Source: a bacterium
GTDB lineage: Bacteria; Patescibacteriota; Minisyncoccia; Moranbacterales; UBA2206
Direction: 5' to 3'
Assembly: GCA_030654225.1 (NCBI GenBank)
Contig: JAURXY010000034.1
Location: 25,184-89,183 of the forward strand
DNA length: 64,000 nucleotides
In this document: positions 55,096 to 64,000 of the stretch, in pieces
Numbering within the stretch: position 1 is the first letter of the stretch
Layout of the letters: the number at the start of each line of letters is the position of its first letter
Notes under the pieces: generated by a model
What the model was told of the DNA's origin: nothing
The model's database searches: none
Seen by the model: the letters and a program-made list of their open reading frames with translations, nothing else
Position numbers and translations under genes: made by a program

Positions 55096-56721
55096 TTATT
55101 TGGGGTCATTTTTAATTTTCAAAATTGTAACATCATAAATCCGATGAAATTTTTCGACTTCACCATATTTTTTATATGACATTCCGACATAGAAGTTTTC
55201 CGATGATTCATTCACTGCAACAAATATCGGTAAATTTTTATCTCTCTCTATTCCTTCATTCAGCATAATAATTTCAATTTTTGCATCGGATAAAAAATAT
55301 TTTATTCTACCAACAAAACGACCCAGATAAACACTCTGTCCATCCAATTGGATTCTCTTATATGAGCCAGCTTCAGAAACTATGTATTCAGCAATTTCCT
55401 TGGCTTGATTCATGGTTCCGTCAATCATATTACTGGGAATATTAGTAGCATAAGTGCGAAAAGTTAATAAACAAAAAAATAAATTATACCCGATTAAAAT
55501 AGACATCGTCATCCAAGCCAAAAATTTAGTCGCCACCATATTTTGACTTAACAAAAATTCAAGCCATAGACCTAACAATATAAATGGAATAAAAATTAAT
55601 AAAATAAAATATCTCAAACTAACTTCAGCTCCAAATGGCACAAAAACACTCAATAGCGATAAGCTAAACAACACTAAGATAATATACTTACCATTTTTTT
55701 CTTTATCTTTCTTTATTTTTTTATATATAAAAAAATAACTCACACCCGAAAATATCACGACCGCAATAATCTTAGCTACATACAAAAACCAATCCACAAA
55801 ACCATCGTTTCTTCTTTCGAGTCGTTTTAGATATTTATCTGCAAGCGGAAAATCACAACTCTCTTGATTTGCGTATGGCGCTAGAATTTTCGCATTTGAT
55901 TGAACCTGACAAGAAGCAATGAAGAGTGCATTTTTCCAAAGTGAATTCTGATCATCAGATTTATATACGAGAGCATTTTTAAAATCCAAATAATTACCCC
56001 TTCCGGTTTTTATCTCACTTACAATCTGAGTATTATTTAAAATTAAAACGATCAAGGCAATTAACACCATACCTGAAAATTTAATCCGTTTATTTTTGAA
56101 CAAATATATTGCCAATATCAAGGATGCGAATGGCATACCGAACAAAAGCAATGTATGAAGTTGCATACTTATGCCAAGAGAAATTCCAATTAAAATAATC
56201 CAGGGCATTTTTTTCCTCTCCAGACTATTCCATAATTTAAGCACGGAATAAACAAAGAGCATATCAAAAAACTGAGCGGAGTTAGGATTCCAAGCAAATC
56301 TTGAATATTGCACAGTGAAAGATGCTATTGCATATAGTGCAGTCAATATCAATGAAATATTTTTTTCAAAATATTGTCGTGCTAAAAGATACAACAATGG
56401 GATAGCCAGAATACCAAAAAACAAATCTGGATAAGCCATCGTGTTAGGCGACACTCCAAAAACTCTTGCACTTAAATATTGAAAATAATAAAAAGCCGGA
56501 CCAAGTTTGAATAATGTACCACCAGCTACAGGACCGAGTAGCGGAATTTTATTTTCTTCAATCATACTTCGTACTACGGAAGCGTCTCTGGCTTGATCAG
56601 AATTAAATTTTAGCCAATCGGAAAAATGATAGGTGCGAAGAAAAATACCAACGATTATAATAATAACTAATGCCCAAAAATAAATAGATATTTTTCTAAT
56701 TTTTTTTATCAAATCATCCAT
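55096..56721 (-). CDS. ArnT/PMT-like membrane (GT-C fold) glycosyltransferase, subfamily A, paralog 3
   Basis: 541 aa; 'YHFSDWLKFNSDQARDAS', 'GPAFYYFQ' and 'FAWNPNS'. Confidence 0.65.
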   Translation of the reverse strand: MDDLIKKIRKISIYFWALVIIIIVGIFLRTYHFSDWLKFNSDQARDASVVRSMIEENKIPLLGPVAGGTLFKLGPAFYYFQYLSARVFGVSPNTMAYPDLFFGILAIPLLYLLARQYFEKNISLILTALYAIASFTVQYSRFAWNPNSAQFFDMLFVYSVLKLWNSLERKKMPWIILIGISLGISMQLHTLLLFGMPFASLILAIYLFKNKRIKFSGMVLIALIVLILNNTQIVSEIKTGRGNYLDFKNALVYKSDDQNSLWKNALFIASCQVQSNAKILAPYANQESCDFPLADKYLKRLERRNDGFVDWFLYVAKIIAVVIFSGVSYFFIYKKIKKDKEKNGKYIILVLFSLSLLSVFVPFGAEVSLRYFILLIFIPFILLGLWLEFLLSQNMVATKFLAWMTMSILIGYNLFFCLLTFRTYATNIPSNMIDGTMNQAKEIAEYIVSEAGSYKRIQLDGQSVYLGRFVGRIKYFLSDAKIEIIMLNEGIERDKNLPIFVAVNESSENFYVGMSYKKYGEVEKFHRIYDVTILKIKNDPK

Positions 56722-56723
56722 AT

Positions 56724-58382
56724 TTAATTTTCTAATTTATAAATTATAATTCTTCCAAAAACTTTATGCCTTTCTATTTTATACATAGCAAAATAATTAT
56801 CTGCCGCATCTTTCAATTTATCAGTTATATAAAATACTGACTTTGAGGGAGGTGCATCGTTTTTTTTATAATCAAATTCAATGATATCGACATTTTGTCG
56901 TTGAGCTATATACTTTAATGGTGGCAGTAGCGAGAATCTATCACCAGAAATATAAATATCTTTTTGGTTATTTGAATTATCAACTAGGTATCTTATTATC
57001 GATTCAAGCTCTCCTAAAACAGCATAGTGATAATATGCATCGCTTTTCACCCCAGCTTGAAACTTTTTAAATTCATTTTTTATGGAAACTATATTTGTGA
57101 TTATAATAAATAAAATAATAGCAAAGGAAATTACTAAATACTTTTTTGATAGTTTATTGTTTATAAAATCAATCAGAAAACCTAAAAATATAAGTGGGAC
57201 AAAAAAAGTTGGGCTAAAATATCTAAACGAATCAAAGCTTTTGCCAATAATAAAAAGCATAAGTAAAAAGAAAAATGCAATAAATATTGTTATCAATCCC
57301 AGAAAATATTTCTTACCATTATCCTTTTCTCTCCAGAGCAAATAAAGCAAAGAGGCGTATCCAAAAATAGCAAATAGTGCTTGCAGAAAAATGAGGATAA
57401 TAAAATCAGCGGACTTAAGCTCTGCTATTAATGTCTTGGATTTCTTATTTTTCAATATATCACTATATGAAAAATTACAATTTTCACTACCATAAGAAGA
57501 TAGTATGTATAAATTAGCCTCTGCGTGGCAATCAATGTTGTTGACTAATTTTCCTAAAAAATTTTCATTATTGACCCGCTCTGATTTGAAAAGAATTCTT
57601 GTGTTAGAAAAATCATTTTTATATTCACTTATCAAATAACCTAAATTCAAAATAATAACAATCAGTAAGGCGACAGCCAATTTTTTCCATATACTGCGAT
57701 TGCACACAAGTAAATATGAAAAAACTAAGAGGGTGACTGCTGAAAATAAAACGAGAAGCATAATATGAAGCTGGATACCAATTCCAATAGCAATTCCAAC
57801 AGCAACTACCCATATCCAATTGGTTTTTTCTTTATTTAATAGTAATTCCAATAACGAAAACAAAAATAGAATTGTAAAAAAGGGAATCAAGTTAGGATTC
57901 CAAGCAAAGCGAGAATAGCGGATAGAAAAAAAAGATATAGTATAAAGACTAACTAAAATAAGTGTGGTATTTATACTAAAATATCGTTTTAAAAAAATAA
58001 ATAATAATGGGATAGATAAAAAAGAAAAAAATAAATCAGGATATCCGAGCTTTTCTGGTTCGTTTCCAAAAAAATTAGCAGATAAAATTTGAAAGTAATA
58101 ATAAATTGGACCGATGTGAAATAGTTCGTCTTTCGAATCGCTTGATTTTCTCATTGTTGGTCCAAGCAGAGGCCAGCTGGTACTTCCATCCAAAACATCA
58201 CTCACTAAAATTGCATCCCTCAATTGATCATTTTCAAAATGAAGCCAATCATGAAAATTATATGTTCGCAAAAAAATACCTATCAACAAAACAGCCAAAA
58301 GAAACCATAAATATTTTGGGATTGTTTTTATTCTGTTTAATAATTTACTATAATTTATATTTAATTTCATTCTAGGATGCAT
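56724..58382 (-). CDS. ArnT/PMT-like membrane (GT-C fold) glycosyltransferase, subfamily A, paralog 4
   Basis: 552 aa; 'YNFHDWLHFENDQLRDAIL', 'GPIYYYFQ' and 'FAWNPN'. Confidence 0.65.
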   Translation of the reverse strand: MHPRMKLNINYSKLLNRIKTIPKYLWFLLAVLLIGIFLRTYNFHDWLHFENDQLRDAILVSDVLDGSTSWPLLGPTMRKSSDSKDELFHIGPIYYYFQILSANFFGNEPEKLGYPDLFFSFLSIPLLFIFLKRYFSINTTLILVSLYTISFFSIRYSRFAWNPNLIPFFTILFLFSLLELLLNKEKTNWIWVVAVGIAIGIGIQLHIMLLVLFSAVTLLVFSYLLVCNRSIWKKLAVALLIVIILNLGYLISEYKNDFSNTRILFKSERVNNENFLGKLVNNIDCHAEANLYILSSYGSENCNFSYSDILKNKKSKTLIAELKSADFIILIFLQALFAIFGYASLLYLLWREKDNGKKYFLGLITIFIAFFFLLMLFIIGKSFDSFRYFSPTFFVPLIFLGFLIDFINNKLSKKYLVISFAIILFIIITNIVSIKNEFKKFQAGVKSDAYYHYAVLGELESIIRYLVDNSNNQKDIYISGDRFSLLPPLKYIAQRQNVDIIEFDYKKNDAPPSKSVFYITDKLKDAADNYFAMYKIERHKVFGRIIIYKLEN

Positions 58383-58464
58383 AAATATACTATCTTTACA
58401 ATAAGCCTATTTTTAATTATATTATATACAGATAGATTGTCAAAGTTTAATCTCAATAAAAATT

Positions 58465-60342
58465 ATGTCTAAAAAAACAATTCATATCCTAATAATTATT
58501 GTCGTTATTTGCACTAATCTTTTTTTTGGGTTTCCTAGAATTTCCCACTTTACTGCTGGCGATGAAACACTTTGGTCTTATGATCGAGTTCCGAAATTTT
58601 GGCGTAGTGTCGCCAAGGGAAACTGGCGCGGAACAAACTTGTGCGATAAGCCTGGCATAACTCTGGCAATGATTTCCGGGGCTGGATTGCCTTTCATTCC
58701 AGATCCGAGAGATTATGAAAAATTAACTCGACTGCCAAAAACGCCAGAGCAACTGGCTATGATTGAAAAAATTTATTTTTCTCTTCGATTGCCAGTCTAT
58801 CTTTTTACTCTCGCCTCGCTATTTATTTTTTATTTCTTACTCAAACGACTACTCTCAGCAGAAATCGCACTGTTATCAGTCATATTTATCGGGCTATCCC
58901 CAATCCTTCTAGGCATTTCACTTATTGTCAATACTGATGCAATTCTATGGATTTTAATGCCTATCACTTTGGTTAGTTTTCTAATTTACCAAAAAGAACC
59001 TACTTCACCGGCAGACAAGAGTAATCAAAAATTTCTCTATTTAACTGGCTTTCTGCTTGGACTAGCAATTCTTGATAAATTTGTAGCTAATTTTCTGTTT
59101 CCATTTTTGTTAGTTTTGGTTTTTGTTAAATATATTTTGAGTAATTATGTCAAAACAGAAGATAAGATTGAATATTTCAAAAAAGCAATGCGTGATTACT
59201 TAATTATCATTGCAATTGCACTACTAACTATTTTTCTTTTTTATCCATCTGCTTGGATCAAACCCAAAGAACTGCTCAACACTACCATCTATAGTCTGGC
59301 ATTTGCAAAAATATGGCCACTAATCATTGGCACTATCGCAATTATTTCAGCGGATATTTTTCTTTGGAAAAGCACAGTTTCCAGAAAAATTTGTGATTTT
59401 TTTTCAAACCACAAAACAGCTTTCGTTAGAATTTTAAGTGTTATTATTTTAGTCGTAATTGCTTTTACCCTCCTAAACACCTATGTAGGAATGAAATTTT
59501 ACAATTTTGAAAAAATTCTTTCGGATCCAAAAGATGGAGAATTTTTTGAAAATTTTTTCTCAGCTTTTTACCCCTTGCTTTTTGGTCTTACCCCGCTAAT
59601 CTCCTTATTATTTTTGTCATCAATAATATTACTAACAAAAATAAAAAGCACAGAGTTAACAAAAAACATAGGCTCGATGCGCATCCTTCCTTTTATTTTA
59701 TTCGTACTAATCTACTATGTCGCCAATTCAATTTCAAACACGGGGTCAACTATTCGATATCAAATCGTAAATTATCCCATTGCCTCAATAATTGCTGTTA
59801 TAGGATTATGTGAACTAATTGAGATTAAATCAATTAAAAAATATTTTTCTGGAATAAGATTTTATTTTCTTATCTTTTTTATTTTTATAATTTCCATTAT
59901 TTCCCTCGCATTAACAAAACCATTCTTTCTTGCCTATTCTTCAAAACTATTGCCCGCCAAATTCATAACCAATCTGAAGGATATGGGTGATGGTAGCTGG
60001 GAGACATCCCAATATCTAAATAGCCTGCCCAACGCCAACCAACTTAGTATTTGGTCGGACAAAAAACAGGTGTGTGAAAAATTTGTCGGCAAGTGTAACG
60101 CCAGTTCCAACCAGAAATATATTGGAACTTCAAAATTTGATTATTTAGTTTCATCCAGAGGCGGAATAATAAATATCCCAACTTCAAAAAATCAAAAGTC
60201 CGCACTAAGAATTGGTGCTGACATCGTTGACACAAAGAAACTTTATTCACCAAATGAATATTATGACTTTAAAGTAAACATTGATAATAGAGAAAATGAT
60301 TTTATCAAGGTTATTAATCCTACTAAGATACTATCTAATTAA
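58465..60342 (+). CDS. ArnT/PMT-like membrane (GT-C fold) glycosyltransferase, subfamily B, paralog 1
   Basis: 625 aa; 'GDETLWSYDRVPKFW' DE-loop motif, 'CDKPGITLAMISGAGLPF' and 'SPILLGISLIVNTDAILW'. Confidence 0.65.
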   Translation: MSKKTIHILIIIVVICTNLFFGFPRISHFTAGDETLWSYDRVPKFWRSVAKGNWRGTNLCDKPGITLAMISGAGLPFIPDPRDYEKLTRLPKTPEQLAMIEKIYFSLRLPVYLFTLASLFIFYFLLKRLLSAEIALLSVIFIGLSPILLGISLIVNTDAILWILMPITLVSFLIYQKEPTSPADKSNQKFLYLTGFLLGLAILDKFVANFLFPFLLVLVFVKYILSNYVKTEDKIEYFKKAMRDYLIIIAIALLTIFLFYPSAWIKPKELLNTTIYSLAFAKIWPLIIGTIAIISADIFLWKSTVSRKICDFFSNHKTAFVRILSVIILVVIAFTLLNTYVGMKFYNFEKILSDPKDGEFFENFFSAFYPLLFGLTPLISLLFLSSIILLTKIKSTELTKNIGSMRILPFILFVLIYYVANSISNTGSTIRYQIVNYPIASIIAVIGLCELIEIKSIKKYFSGIRFYFLIFFIFIISIISLALTKPFFLAYSSKLLPAKFITNLKDMGDGSWETSQYLNSLPNANQLSIWSDKKQVCEKFVGKCNASSNQKYIGTSKFDYLVSSRGGIINIPTSKNQKSALRIGADIVDTKKLYSPNEYYDFKVNIDNRENDFIKVINPTKILSN

Positions 60343-60357
60343 ATCTTGCTTTGTTTT

Positions 60358-62253
60358 ATGAAAAATAAAAATATTCCCATTGTTCTAATTTTTATCAGCA
60401 TCATCACCTCTAGCTTGTATTTTGGATTACCGCGTCTCAAAAATTTTTCCGGCGTGGATGAACCGTATTGGTCATATGAACGCGTGCCAACCTTTTGGAA
60501 AGCCATCAAAAATATGAAATGGGAAAAGACTAATATTTGTGACAAGCCAGGGATACCTCTGGCAATAATTTCTGGCACAGGATTGCCATTTATAAGTGGC
60601 AATATTAAGGAGCTAAAAAATCTACGCTATAGCACAAGAACACTCCAGCAACGCGAAGATATAACTGACCTCTATTTCTATCTCCGTCTTCCCATTTTTC
60701 TTTTCACATTAGTTATACTTCCACTTTTTTACTATCTTATTAGAAAATTATTAGGAACTGAAACGGCTGGCTTTGCGCTTATATTCATTGGCTTTTCCCC
60801 TATTCTTCTGGGGATTTCACTCATAATAAATTCAGACGCAATGCTTTGGATTTTTACAGCACTCTCAATTCTGAATCTTTTTGTTTTTTTAAAAAACAAT
60901 AAAAGGAGGTACTTATTGTTTTCAGGTTTTTTTCTCGGACTTTCAGTTATCACTAAATATGTTGCCAATATACTTTTCGTATATTTCTTCTTAATATTCT
61001 TTTTAGAATACATATTTTTTGCTTATAATAAAATTGCCATTGGCAAATATCTTAAATCCGCCCTAGTCAATTATCTCGTCCTTTCCGTCACCGCCCTTGC
61101 TACCGCTTTCGTTTTTTTTCCAGCCACTTGGGTAGATTTTTCAGTTCTTATAAATGCCACCATCGGCAACCTCGTTTTTTCTTCAATATGGCCGATTTTT
61201 GTTGGAATTATGGGTATACTAACTTTAGATATATTAATTTTTAAAACAAAATTTTCAAACTTTCTGTTTAATTTTTTGATTAAATATAAACAAGTATTGA
61301 CAAAAATTATCAGTATCCTATTTCTTATCTTTGCCATAATTGTTTTTCTTCATATATTTTTTAAGATTAATATTTTTGACATTCAAGGAATGGTATCCTC
61401 TCCTAAGGGCATTGGTCAGGATTTGGACACCAGAGATCCCCGATTAGAAAATCTCATATCAGCTTCAAAAGGAATTGGGATCGCAAATATATCCCGCGAA
61501 TATATTGGAGCAATTTTAGCTGATTTTTATAGCCTACTTTTTAGTATCTCTCCAATCGTTCTCTTGGCTATTCTATTCGCAATTATTAATCTAGCACGCA
61601 AAAAAGAAATGACCCGTAATTCCATAGTTGCCCTATATATAATAATTTTTATCCTTCTTTTTTATTTTAGTTCGACTTTCAATAATGTGATTGCCACTGT
61701 GAGATATCAAATTATAATATATCCCTTAGCTTTTATTTTGGCAGCGATTGGGATTTCAGAATTTATGAAGATTGAAATAATTAGAAAGTATATAAATTTA
61801 CCAATCGCATATGCATCATTAATTATCCTGCTTCTCATAAGTCTCTTCTTCGTCAAGCCACACTATCTTGCTTATTCAAGTGAAATTCTACCCGATGCAT
61901 TTCTTGTCAATCTTAAGGGTATGGGAGAAGGTAGTTTTGAAGCTACAAATTATCTAAATAGTCTTCCAAACGCACAGAATATGATCATCTGGACAGACAA
62001 AGGAACTGTATGCGAAAGATTTGCTGGACTTTGCTATACGGACTTCAAACCAAAAACACAACAAAAAAATATTGACTATTTTGTAGTTTCCACAGATAGA
62101 AAATTAAGAACCTTGAAATTAATTGTAAACCCGTCCGATTTACAACAAGCCTACGAAAGCAAAAATCCCGCTTTTGAAGTTTTGATAAACAATAATCCTA
62201 ATAATTTTGTAAAAGTTGTAAAAAGTGATATTATAATCAAATTAAACAAGTAA
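60358..62253 (+). CDS. ArnT/PMT-like membrane (GT-C fold) glycosyltransferase, subfamily B, paralog 2
   Basis: 'VDEPYWSYERVPTFW', 'CDKPGIPLAIISGTGLPF'. Start at the internal ATG 60358 (MKNKNIP); the ORF opens at 60346. Confidence 0.65.
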   Translation: MKNKNIPIVLIFISIITSSLYFGLPRLKNFSGVDEPYWSYERVPTFWKAIKNMKWEKTNICDKPGIPLAIISGTGLPFISGNIKELKNLRYSTRTLQQREDITDLYFYLRLPIFLFTLVILPLFYYLIRKLLGTETAGFALIFIGFSPILLGISLIINSDAMLWIFTALSILNLFVFLKNNKRRYLLFSGFFLGLSVITKYVANILFVYFFLIFFLEYIFFAYNKIAIGKYLKSALVNYLVLSVTALATAFVFFPATWVDFSVLINATIGNLVFSSIWPIFVGIMGILTLDILIFKTKFSNFLFNFLIKYKQVLTKIISILFLIFAIIVFLHIFFKINIFDIQGMVSSPKGIGQDLDTRDPRLENLISASKGIGIANISREYIGAILADFYSLLFSISPIVLLAILFAIINLARKKEMTRNSIVALYIIIFILLFYFSSTFNNVIATVRYQIIIYPLAFILAAIGISEFMKIEIIRKYINLPIAYASLIILLLISLFFVKPHYLAYSSEILPDAFLVNLKGMGEGSFEATNYLNSLPNAQNMIIWTDKGTVCERFAGLCYTDFKPKTQQKNIDYFVVSTDRKLRTLKLIVNPSDLQQAYESKNPAFEVLINNNPNNFVKVVKSDIIIKLNK

Positions 62254-62291
62254 AGAATAAACATTTTTTATTAATCACTAATTAAAAGAAC

Positions 62292-64000
62292 ATGAAAGAA
62301 AAAATAGCGGTTATTCTAATTTTTCTAAGCATACTAACCTCCAGCCTATATTTCGGACTTCCTCGCCTTAGGAATTTTTCTGGCGTGGATGAACCATATT
62401 GGTCGTATGATCGCGTTCCTCAATTTTGGAACAGCATCAAAACTCAAAATTGGAAAAGTACCAACATTTGCGACAAACCAGGAATACCGCTAGCGATAAT
62501 TTCCGGCACTGGGTTGTCATTTATCTCCCAAGATATCAAAGAATTGGGCAAACTTCGCTATGAACCAAAAACTGTTTCCGAACTCAACGCTATTCGCGAT
62601 ATTTATCACAAACTTCGTTTTCCGGTTTTTATTTTCACGCTTCTGGTCTTGCCGATTTTCTATTTTCTCATCCGAAAATTACTAGGAGAAAACACAGCTA
62701 ATTTTGCCTTGATTTTCATCGGTCTCTCCCCTGTTCTGCTTGGAATTTCACTCATCATCAATTCTGATGCCATACTTTGGATCCTCACCGCCCTTTCAAC
62801 CTTGAGTTTATTCAACTTTTTCAAATCAGATAATAAAAAATATTTGATTTTGTCCGGTTTTATTTTGGGTCTTTCCGTCATTACTAAATATGTAGCCAAT
62901 ATGCTTTTCATCTACTTCTTTTTGCTTTTCTTTTTAGAATATATCTTTTATGCTCACCAAAAAATAGAAGTGGGAAAATATCTAAAACAATCTTTTCTAA
63001 ACTATCTCACTCTATTTGCTAGCGCCATGGCAACAGCCTTCATTTTTTTCCCGGCTACCTGGGTGAAAATTTCCGTCCTCTTCAACGCCACTATTGGAAA
63101 TCCGGTTTTTTCTTCAACTTGGCCGATTTTTATGGGAATAATTTTGCTTTTAGGCGTTGATACATTCCTTTTGAAAAACAAAATATTCTCCTATATTTTC
63201 AAATTCCTAATTCGCTACAAAAGAATTCTTTCCCGCTCAATTGTTGCAATTTTTGTCATTTTTACCATCATTGTCTTTTTGCATGTATTTTTAAAAATAA
63301 ATATTTATAATATTCAAGAATTTATTTCTTCACCCAAAGGAATCGGCATTGATCTTGACACGATTGACGCCAGCGTAAAAACTATCACTTCCACTCAAAA
63401 AATGGGTTCTTTTTGGATTATCGCCAATCAATATGTCGGCTCAATGATTGCTGATCTATACAGCTTGATGTTTAGCATTTCCCCGCTTATCTTGTGCCTT
63501 ATACTTGCGCCGATATTTTTCATTTTTCGCAAAAAAGAAATAGACCGAGATCTGATCACGGTGATCTATATAATTATTTTCATTTTATTTTTCTATCTCG
63601 GTTCCGCCCTTAATAATGTCACCACCACTGTGCGCTATCAAATTATGACTTACCCTTTGGTTTTTGTTATGGCAGCCATCGGAATGGTTCAACTTCTGAA
63701 ATATATAAAAATAAAAGAAAATTTGAAATTTCCCGTGGCTTATATTTTCTCTATCTTAATTCTCCTAACTAGTCTCTTTCAAATCAAGCCTGACTTTCTC
63801 GCTTATGCTTCGGAAATATTGCCGAAAGACTACATCGTCAATTTGAAAGGAATGGGTGAAGGCAGTTTTGAAGCAGGAAGCTATCTCAATACTTTGCCCA
63901 ACGCTCACGAGATGACAATTTGGTCGGACAAGGGAGCGGTGTGCGAAGCTTTTGTTGGCAAGTGTTATATTGATTTCAAAAACAAAACTTTCAAAGAAAA
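62292..64000 (+). CDS. ArnT/PMT-like membrane (GT-C fold) glycosyltransferase, subfamily B, paralog 3 (3' end beyond window)
   Basis: Read by eye from the ATG at 62292: MKEKIAVILIFLSILTSSLYFGLPRLRNFSGVDEPYWSYDRVPQFW...CDKPGIPLAIISGTGLSF... The frame is open to the window end. Highly similar to paralog 2. Confidence 0.65.
   Translation, partial: MKEKIAVILIFLSILTSSLYFGLPRLRNFSGVDEPYWSYDRVPQFWNSIKTQNWKSTNICDKPGIPLAIISGTGLSFISQDIKELGKLRYEPKTVSELNAIRDIYHKLRFPVFIFTLLVLPIFYFLIRKLLGENTANFALIFIGLSPVLLGISLIINSDAILWILTALSTLSLFNFFKSDNKKYLILSGFILGLSVITKYVANMLFIYFFLLFFLEYIFYAHQKIEVGKYLKQSFLNYLTLFASAMATAFIFFPATWVKISVLFNATIGNPVFSSTWPIFMGIILLLGVDTFLLKNKIFSYIFKFLIRYKRILSRSIVAIFVIFTIIVFLHVFLKINIYNIQEFISSPKGIGIDLDTIDASVKTITSTQKMGSFWIIANQYVGSMIADLYSLMFSISPLILCLILAPIFFIFRKKEIDRDLITVIYIIIFILFFYLGSALNNVTTTVRYQIMTYPLVFVMAAIGMVQLLKYIKIKENLKFPVAYIFSILILLTSLFQIKPDFLAYASEILPKDYIVNLKGMGEGSFEAGSYLNTLPNAHEMTIWSDKGAVCEAFVGKCYIDFKNKTFKE

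Noticed and set aside
60732-61013. Minus-strand ORFs 60732..61013 and 62660..62911 with strikingly similar translations (…SILATYLV(I/M)TE(S/R)P(R/K)…)
   Set aside because: They lie antisense to two highly similar plus-strand GT-C paralogs. Their similarity simply mirrors the sense-strand paralogy, so they are not independent genes.

Overview
This window looks like an AT-rich, small-genome bacterium, consistent with a CPR/Patescibacteria-like organism (that assignment is inference). The first ~36 kb carries housekeeping genes interleaved with a few cell-envelope genes. Housekeeping genes include rfbC/rfbB, rplU, recR, dnaB, dus, cysS, corA-like, yidD, obg, fmt-def, priA, ligT, gltX, the iscR-iscS-iscU operon, pyrH, rpmA, pyrG, rplI and ctpA. 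One tRNA-Asp and one atypical tRNA-like gene sit near 30.8 kb. The last ~28 kb (36.1-64 kb) is one large envelope glycan locus. It holds GT2 and GT4 glycosyltransferases, an LCP ligase, a Wzy/WaaL-like membrane protein, a Wzx-like flippase and a GtrB/DPM1-like polyprenyl-phosphate-sugar synthase. It ends in two tandem arrays of ArnT/PMT-like membrane (GT-C fold) glycosyltransferase paralogs: four on the minus strand and three on the plus strand, the last running off the window. The most unusual signal is at least six families of GC-rich palindromic or MITE-like elements. Several of these sit in-frame inside intact essential genes (rfbB, dus, priA, gltX, a tagA-like gene, tmk, the Wzy-like gene and a GT4). 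Each in-frame element family has a second related copy elsewhere in the window (intergenic or inside another gene), apart from the dus palindrome, which was seen only once. No CRISPR array or rRNA was seen.
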